A stretch of 61,267 nucleotides of DNA, from the NCBI GenBank assembly GCA_900316875.1, contig ONEP01000091.1, positions 1-61,267 of the forward strand. The letters are read 5' to 3'. The position numbers and the translations under genes were made by a program. How positions within the stretch are numbered: position 1 is the first letter of the stretch; each line of letters begins with the position of its first letter. The stretch is from Candidatus Ruminimicrobium bovinum (GTDB taxonomy: Bacteria; Elusimicrobiota; Endomicrobiia; Endomicrobiales; Endomicrobiaceae). Under the pieces are notes generated by a model that worked only from the letters and a program-made list of their open reading frames with translations, had not been told where the DNA came from and searched no databases. Shown piece by piece: positions 55,109 through 61,267 of the stretch.

Positions 55109-55996
55109 TTAATATTTTTTTAATACTTTTGTTTCCCTGCTCTTAAAAAACTTTATAAGTTCTATTATATAAGGTTTATCCGTTCGTATATCTATCACAT
55201 CGGCCTTAGCCGTTTTAAAAGTATCGTTTAAATAATTTTCATGTTCGTTAAAATTTTTATAATATTCCGTCTGAACTTCTTTTGAAGCAAAATCAACATC
55301 AATAAGCATACCGGTTTCGCCATCTTGTAAAGTAAATATTCCTTTTTTTGGAATTTCGGTTTCTTTGGGGTCTGTAATTTTAACACAAACCAAATCGTGT
55401 TTGTTGGCTGTAGCTTTTAATAATTTATCAAAATTTTTGTCTTGAAAATCCGATATTAAAAAAATAAGTGCTTTCCTTTTACAAAGTTTATTCAAATATT
55501 GAAGGGCATTTTCAATATTTGTTTTTGTATTTTTAGGTTTATAACTCAGTATTACATCTATAAGCCGTAAAATATGTTTTCTGTTTTTTTGCGGCTTAAC
55601 ATATTGTTCAATAATGTCGGTAAAAGCAAGCAGTCCCGCTTTGTCATTATTTTTTAATGCGGAAAATGCAAGAACGGCAGTAAGTTCGGCTATCAAATCG
55701 TTTTTTGTTTTGTCACTGCTTCCGAACGTTCCGGAAGCACTTAAATCGGTAACAAACATAACGGTTTGTTCTCTTTCCTCGTCATATTTTTTAATATATG
55801 CTTTATCACGCCTGGCTGTAACGGTCCAGGATATTCTTCTTATATCATCGCCCGGAACATATTCTCTTACTTCACTGAATTCCAGCCCCTGTCCTTTAAA
55901 AACACTGTGATATTTACCCGAAAAAACATCATCGACAAGTTTTTTTGACCTTAGTTCTATTTTTTTTATTTTTGATAAAATTTCGGAACTTAACAA
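55109..55996 (-). CDS. DUF58 domain protein (the usual MoxR-partner protein of Bat clusters)
   Basis: The EVREYVPGDDIRRISW motif is characteristic of DUF58. A VWA-like C-terminal half. Confidence 0.8.
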   Translation of the reverse strand: MLSSEILSKIKKIELRSKKLVDDVFSGKYHSVFKGQGLEFSEVREYVPGDDIRRISWTVTARRDKAYIKKYDEEREQTVMFVTDLSASGTFGSSDKTKNDLIAELTAVLAFSALKNNDKAGLLAFTDIIEQYVKPQKNRKHILRLIDVILSYKPKNTKTNIENALQYLNKLCKRKALIFLISDFQDKNFDKLLKATANKHDLVCVKITDPKETEIPKKGIFTLQDGETGMLIDVDFASKEVQTEYYKNFNEHENYLNDTFKTAKADVIDIRTDKPYIIELIKFFKSRETKVLKKY

Positions 55997-56136
55997 TTTA
56001 TTTTCCTTAAAAAAATTAATTTATAATTTTTTAATGACAAATTTAATACTGCCTTTCAAAATACTATCCTTAATATTATACTATTAAATTAAAGAAAATT
56101 AAAATTCATTTAATAAAAATAATTTCATTTTCAAAA

Positions 56137-57153
56137 TTATTGAACGGATTTTAAAATGATATTTTGTTTTGTTTTTACTGCAGACCAATTTTTTGAAAGT
56201 TTATAATTTAACTGTTTTTTATCATTGATAAATTTAATAATACTTTTTATTTGAACGGCTCTTTTTTTATCGGGTAAAATTTCACGTAAAATCATATATT
56301 GCAAAAATTTACTTTTTTTTGAAAAAGTTTTTATGTTTAAAGTTATTTTATTTTTTTGTTTTGTTATATTTTTACCGATAAAGCTTTTAATTTTATCTTC
56401 CAAATATAAATTTTGGTTACGAATAATATTTGAAAGTTCATAAATATGTTTTACAACAAGCGGATTTATTTTTTTAAGTTCCGGAATTATACCGAGTCTT
56501 ATTTTATTCCTTGTATAGTCGAGTGAAAAATTGGATTTATCTATACTGCATTTTAAATTATTTTTTTTGATATGTTCTTCAATAAGCTCTCTGTTTATTG
56601 CCAATAACGGACGGATTATTGATAAATTTTTACCTATTTTTCTTTCACAAGGAATACCTGACAAACCGTTAGTACCGGTCCCCCGTATAAGCCACATTAA
56701 AACGGTTTCGGCATTGTCATTCATATTATGAGCCGTTGCTATTTTATTACATTTATTTTGTTTTGCTATTTCTTCAAGATATTTATATCTTAATTGCCTG
56801 CCTGCAGCTTCTATTGATATTTTATTTGAAGAAGCATATTTTTTTGTTGCAATGGTTTTTGAAATAAATTTTACTTTATATCTGTTTGCCAAGGAATAAA
56901 CAAGCTCTGTTTCTTTTTCGGATTCTTTTCTGAGTTTATGATTGAAATTAACTATTAAAAACTCTATTCGTAATATGTTTTTTAACTTATTAAAAAGGTC
57001 TGCCATTACAACCGAATCCGGACCGCCGGAAACCGCCAATAAAATTTTATCACCCGTAACAACAAGCTTGTTTTCAATTATATTTTGTTTAAAAATGTTC
57101 CAAATTTGCAATTTAGCACCTTCATTTTCAATATTATTTTCAATATTATACAA
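56137..57153 (-). CDS. tilS: tRNA(Ile)-lysidine synthase
   Basis: PP-loop LLAVSGGPDSVVM and the TAHNMNDNAETVLM motif. Confidence 0.9.
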   Translation of the reverse strand: MYNIENNIENEGAKLQIWNIFKQNIIENKLVVTGDKILLAVSGGPDSVVMADLFNKLKNILRIEFLIVNFNHKLRKESEKETELVYSLANRYKVKFISKTIATKKYASSNKISIEAAGRQLRYKYLEEIAKQNKCNKIATAHNMNDNAETVLMWLIRGTGTNGLSGIPCERKIGKNLSIIRPLLAINRELIEEHIKKNNLKCSIDKSNFSLDYTRNKIRLGIIPELKKINPLVVKHIYELSNIIRNQNLYLEDKIKSFIGKNITKQKNKITLNIKTFSKKSKFLQYMILREILPDKKRAVQIKSIIKFINDKKQLNYKLSKNWSAVKTKQNIILKSVQ

Positions 57154-57203
57154 TATATGGAAGTTAATTTGATATAATATAAATTTTACGGGATACTTTA
57201 ATT

Positions 57204-58163
57204 ATGAAAAAATTATTTATTATTTTATTAAAAATTATTTTTGTTTTAGCGGTTCTTGCAGGGTTAGGTTATTATGCAATAAATGCCGTGATGAGTTCTT
57301 TTGTAAGAGAAACAGGTGAAGTTTTGGTTCCGGATTTGCAAGGCAAAACTTTAATTGACAGTTTGGAAGCCCTTTCCCAAGCAAAATTGGCAATGATAAA
57401 AGAAGATGCCGAATATAACCAGGATGTTCCCAGCGGTGTTGTGATAAGACAGTTCCCTCCTGCCGGAACAAACGTAAAAGAAGGTAAAACCATAAGAATA
57501 ACAGTCAGTATGGGCGGTGAAATAGTTTATGTTCCCAATTTAACCGGAGAAACCATTCGTTCGGCAACTATTTTGTTAAGAGCATCCGGACTTGTTTTGG
57601 GGGAACTTACAAAAAAAGCATCCGTCAAATATGAAGAAGGTGTTGTTTTGCAACAGGACCCCGTTGCCGGTTCGACTGTTGAAAAAGAAACAACCGTTAA
57701 CGTTATCGTTTCAAACGGAGCACCTACAAACGGAGATGTTCTTATGTTTGACTGGATAGGCAAATCCGGTGAGGAAGCAAAACAATGGGCAATGGATAAC
57801 GGTTATGAAGTTTCCGTAATTGAACAACAAACAAAACTTGCAGACCCGGGATTTATTTTCAATCAAGCTCCTATGCCGGATGAAAAATTAACCGCAAATG
57901 CAAAAGTCACTTTTTATATAGGCGATTCCAAAAGTGTTTTTGAACAGAAGGAACAGGTTGTAACATATACATTGCCGGAAACCGGTGACAGCAAAAGAGT
58001 TCGTTTGATTTTAGTTGACGACAGAGGTGAAAAAGATATTTTTAACGGTGTCAGGAAGCCGGGGTCCGTAATTTCTATTCCGGTTAAAACTCAAGGTAAA
58101 GCGTCGGTAAAAGTATTTATAAATAATGTTTCAATTGAAACTATGGAATTGGAAAACAAATGA
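57204..58163 (+). CDS. Membrane-anchored PASTA-repeat protein without a kinase or transpeptidase domain
   Basis: N-terminal TM helix, then three PASTA-like repeats (VPDLQGKTLIDSLEAL...; VPNLTGETIRSATILL...; DWIGKSGEEAKQWAMDNGY...), then a beta-rich C-terminal domain. Confidence 0.75.
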   Translation: MKKLFIILLKIIFVLAVLAGLGYYAINAVMSSFVRETGEVLVPDLQGKTLIDSLEALSQAKLAMIKEDAEYNQDVPSGVVIRQFPPAGTNVKEGKTIRITVSMGGEIVYVPNLTGETIRSATILLRASGLVLGELTKKASVKYEEGVVLQQDPVAGSTVEKETTVNVIVSNGAPTNGDVLMFDWIGKSGEEAKQWAMDNGYEVSVIEQQTKLADPGFIFNQAPMPDEKLTANAKVTFYIGDSKSVFEQKEQVVTYTLPETGDSKRVRLILVDDRGEKDIFNGVRKPGSVISIPVKTQGKASVKVFINNVSIETMELENK

Positions 58164-58819
58164 AAAAATATTTAATAGCACCTTCAATATTGTCGGCAAA
58201 TTTCGCAAATTTACAAAAAGATATTGCCCTTGTGGAAAATACCGGCGCCGATTGGTTACACATTGACGTTATGGACGGTCATTTTGTTCCTAACATTACA
58301 ATAGGTCCCGGTGTAGTTAAAAATATAAAAAAATATTCTAAATTATTTTTTGATGTTCACTTAATGATTTCCGAACCCGAAAAATATTGGGAAAATTTTT
58401 ATAAAGCGGGAGCGGATTTAATAGTTTTTCATCAGGAAGTTTTAACCGATAAAAAAGTGTTGCTTGAAACAATAAAAAAATCCGGTATTAAAGCAGGAGT
58501 TTCAATAAAACCGAAAACTTCGGTTGAAGCAATAAAGGATATTTTACCTATAACCGATGTTGTTTTGGTTATGACGGTAGAACCCGGTTTCGGCGGACAA
58601 AGTTTTATGGCGGATATGCTGCCTAAAATAACACAACTAAGAAATTTGATAGATGTAAATAAATATAACTGCCTTATAGAAGTTGACGGCGGTATTAATG
58701 TTGAAACCGCAAAACAATGCCTTAAAGCAGGTGCAGATGTTTTGGTAAGCGGTAATTCAATTTTTGCAGCAAAAAACCCTACGGAAGCTTTACAAAACTT
58801 AAAAAACATAACATTATGA
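58160..58819 (+). CDS. rpe: Ribulose-phosphate 3-epimerase
   Basis: APSILSANFANL, HIDVMDGHFVPN, MTVEPGFGGQ and VDGGIN motifs. ATGA overlap with the upstream stop. Confidence 0.93.
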   Translation: MKKYLIAPSILSANFANLQKDIALVENTGADWLHIDVMDGHFVPNITIGPGVVKNIKKYSKLFFDVHLMISEPEKYWENFYKAGADLIVFHQEVLTDKKVLLETIKKSGIKAGVSIKPKTSVEAIKDILPITDVVLVMTVEPGFGGQSFMADMLPKITQLRNLIDVNKYNCLIEVDGGINVETAKQCLKAGADVLVSGNSIFAAKNPTEALQNLKNITL

Positions 58820-60249
58820 ATTTAAAATTTTCAATACTTAAATCAGTCAGGTATATTGTTTCTTTTAAAAATTTTCTTTATTGCACTCAGTGTCACAATT
58901 GGTTACTTTCTGCTGTAGTTAATAAACTTATTATCTTACTTCTTTTTTTCTGTTTCTTTATTTCTAATATTTTTGCACAAAATATTGAACAACAGGAAGA
59001 GATAATCGCAACCGAAATTCAAAACAGAAAAGATACAAATACAAAAGATAAAATTTTAAAAACCGATGAAGTTCTTCAAAAGGCAATAGCTGCATACGAT
59101 GCAAACGATTATGAAGGGACAAAACAAAACTATAATTTGTTTTTGGATAAATTGAAAGAATTAGATATTGATGAAACAACGGTAACTTTATTGTTATCCG
59201 ATTTTGAAAGAGTGATGAATAAAATAAAAATGATAAACGACATCGAATATAAAGAAAAAGTTCCGAATAAATTTAACAAAAATGAAATTTCTTTGGAATA
59301 TGACGAAGAAATATTGGATAAATGGATGACCGTATATACAACAGGACAAGGTAAAGAAAGGGTAAAAGCAGCACTTGAAAGAAGCGGCAAATATTCAAAA
59401 ATGATAAAAGATGTTTTAAAAGAATATAATCTTCCTCAAGAGTTACAATATTTACCGATAATAGAAAGTTTATTTAATAACAATACGGTATCAAGGGCAA
59501 AAGCCGTAGGATTGTGGCAAATAATGGCACACAGGGGACGTGCCTTGGGATTGCAAATAAATTATTGGATAGATGAAAGAAAAGATCCGGTTAAAGCAAC
59601 TAAAGCCGCAGCAAAATATTTAAAACAATTATATGCAATGTTTAACGATTGGCATTTGGCGCTTGCCGCATATAACAGAGGAGAATACGGAATATTAAGA
59701 GATTTAAAATTTTCAAATTCACCTTCGGCTTTGGAAATGAGTAAAAGAAAAGCAATTCCCAAAGAAACACAAAATTATGTTCCGCAGTTTATTGTTGCCG
59801 TTAAAATTGCACAAAATCCGCAAGAATACGGCTTTGAAGATATAAACTATCAGGAACCGGAAGAATACGACATAGTTTTAATAAATAAAGTAATAGATTT
59901 AAAAATAATTGCAAAATGTGCCGAAACCACAGTAGATGTTATAAGAGAATTAAACCCGGCATTGTTGGCATGGTGCACTCCGCACGGATATAAAAATTTT
60001 GAATTAAAACTTCCGTTAGGCAGCCAAAGCACTTTTTTGGAAAATATAAATAAAGAAAAGGACTTAAACCCGAGCCCGGGTTTTGTTCGCCATAAAGTAA
60101 AAAAAGGCGATTATATTGAAAAACTTGCAGCAAAATATAAAACTACCGTTAAAAGCATAAAAGAGGATAATCCTAAATTAAAGAAACAAAAATATTTAAA
60201 TGTTAATCAGGTTCTTGTAATTCGTCCGGGAAGAGCTTATTTTAAATAA
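58816..60249 (+). CDS. Lytic transglycosylase (SLT domain, MltD-like) with a C-terminal LysM
   Basis: Catalytic region LPIIESLFNNNTVSRAKAVGLWQIM and AAYNRG. LysM is HKVKKGDYIEKLAAKYKTTVKSIKEDNP. ATGA overlap with the rpe stop. Confidence 0.85.
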   Translation: MNLKFSILKSVRYIVSFKNFLYCTQCHNWLLSAVVNKLIILLLFFCFFISNIFAQNIEQQEEIIATEIQNRKDTNTKDKILKTDEVLQKAIAAYDANDYEGTKQNYNLFLDKLKELDIDETTVTLLLSDFERVMNKIKMINDIEYKEKVPNKFNKNEISLEYDEEILDKWMTVYTTGQGKERVKAALERSGKYSKMIKDVLKEYNLPQELQYLPIIESLFNNNTVSRAKAVGLWQIMAHRGRALGLQINYWIDERKDPVKATKAAAKYLKQLYAMFNDWHLALAAYNRGEYGILRDLKFSNSPSALEMSKRKAIPKETQNYVPQFIVAVKIAQNPQEYGFEDINYQEPEEYDIVLINKVIDLKIIAKCAETTVDVIRELNPALLAWCTPHGYKNFELKLPLGSQSTFLENINKEKDLNPSPGFVRHKVKKGDYIEKLAAKYKTTVKSIKEDNPKLKKQKYLNVNQVLVIRPGRAYFK

Positions 60250-60257
60250 GAGGTTTT

Positions 60258-61267
60258 ATGAAAATAGTAATAAAAATAGGAACAAGCACACTTACCGATA
60301 AAAACGGAAAATTAAATTTAAGTTATATTAATTCTTTTGCAAATGAAATATCAAAAATAAAAAAGCAAAAAGATATTGATATTATATTGGTAAGTTCCGG
60401 TGCAATAGGTGCAGGGCTCGGTTATTTGAATTTAACAAAAAAGCCGAAATTGTTAAGGCAAAAACAGGCACTTGCTTCCGTAGGACAACCGTTGATAATG
60501 CAGGCATACAGGCAGGCCTTTGAACCTTTAAATTTAGCGGTGGCACAAATGCTTCTTACAAGGTATGACTTTGATGACAGACAACACTATATCAATATAA
60601 GAAATTCAATAAACGAACTTTTATTAAGGAAAAACATTATTCCGATTATTAATGAAAACGATACCGTTTCCGTTGACGAAATAAATTTCGGTGATAATGA
60701 TACTTTAAGTGCAATAGTTGCATCATCTGTTCAGGCCGATATGTTGTTTATTTTAACCGATGTCGACGGACTTTATGAAGGTATTCCGAAAAAATCAAAA
60801 ATTATAAAACAGATTACAAAAATTACCGACGAACTTCTTGAAATTGCAAGCCCTCATTCAAGCAGCGGAAAAGGAACCGGCGGTATGAAAACAAAATTGA
60901 TTGCCGCAAAAATAGCTGCAAGTTCCGGAATAAAAACATTTATTACAAACGGAACAAAGTTGGATTTGATTTTACAAGCTGTTAACGGTAATTCAATAGG
61001 AACCGAAATTTTACCGAGCAGAAAATTGCAATCAAAAAAAAGTTGGATAGCTTTCGGTAAAAAAACAAAAGGTTTTGTTATAATTGATAACAATGCAACA
61101 ATAGCAATAAGAGATAAAAATAAAAGTTTATTGGCTTCCGGAATTATAAATTGCAACGGCAATTTTTCAAGGGGTGATACAATAAGTATAATGGTTTTAG
61201 ACCCTATAGAACAACATAACATAGAAATTGCAAGAGGCCTTTCAAATTATTCAAGTAACGATATAAC
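60258..61267 (+). CDS. proB: Glutamate 5-kinase (3-prime end runs off the window)
   Basis: Hand translation from ATG 60258 gives MKIVIKIGTSTLTDKNGKLN...ILVSSGAIGAG...NENDTVSVDEI.FGDNDTLSA...LTDVDGLY. A PUA-like end follows (GFVIIDNNATIAIRDKNKSLLASGI). Absent from the ORF track because no stop is reached. Confidence 0.9.
   Translation, partial: MKIVIKIGTSTLTDKNGKLNLSYINSFANEISKIKKQKDIDIILVSSGAIGAGLGYLNLTKKPKLLRQKQALASVGQPLIMQAYRQAFEPLNLAVAQMLLTRYDFDDRQHYINIRNSINELLLRKNIIPIINENDTVSVDEINFGDNDTLSAIVASSVQADMLFILTDVDGLYEGIPKKSKIIKQITKITDELLEIASPHSSSGKGTGGMKTKLIAAKIAASSGIKTFITNGTKLDLILQAVNGNSIGTEILPSRKLQSKKSWIAFGKKTKGFVIIDNNATIAIRDKNKSLLASGIINCNGNFSRGDTISIMVLDPIEQHNIEIARGLSNYSSNDI

Overview
This is an AT-rich chromosomal segment (roughly 30% GC by eye) from a diderm bacterium. 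Diderm markers are a Tol-Pal cluster, Pal/OmpA, beta-barrel OMPs ending in Phe, a Bat/VWA aerotolerance-type cluster and FlgD-Ig C-terminal tails. The phylum cannot be fixed from the sequence alone. I count about 58 protein genes and one tRNA-Thr(UGU). I saw no rRNA, CRISPR array, transposase, reverse transcriptase or phage structural genes. Most of the window is housekeeping: guaB, recN, ddh, metY, metX-metW, tatD, nadA, birA, tilS, rpe, proB, xerC/D, mscL, mprF. Gene calls rest on motifs read from the supplied translations, not on database searches. Many starts are uncertain because the ORF track opens ORFs at ATG, GTG or TTG. I found no clear-cut complete novel system, and none of the candidates can be confirmed without searches. 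The best candidates are: (1) a lipoprotein-type PhnD-family binding domain fused through one TM helix to a cytoplasmic domain carrying a HEPN-like RNKVAH motif (5951-7723); (2) a left-edge islet of two divergent AAA_14/DUF4143-type ATPase paralogues, each behind its own palindrome-bearing promoter, with a 53-nt promoter-palindrome module duplicated on both sides of the first gene and a decayed Abi-like fragment between them (133-3151); (3) a co-directional envelope-remodelling block of mprF, a fused membrane/spermidine-synthase-like protein and an unassigned polytopic protein (42538-48660); (4) a membrane-embedded PHP phosphoesterase plus an ArnT-like GT39 appended to a reordered tol-pal operon (23115-25878); (5) a relatively GC-rich, hairpin-rich 335-nt intergenic region that no feature explains (31300-31636).
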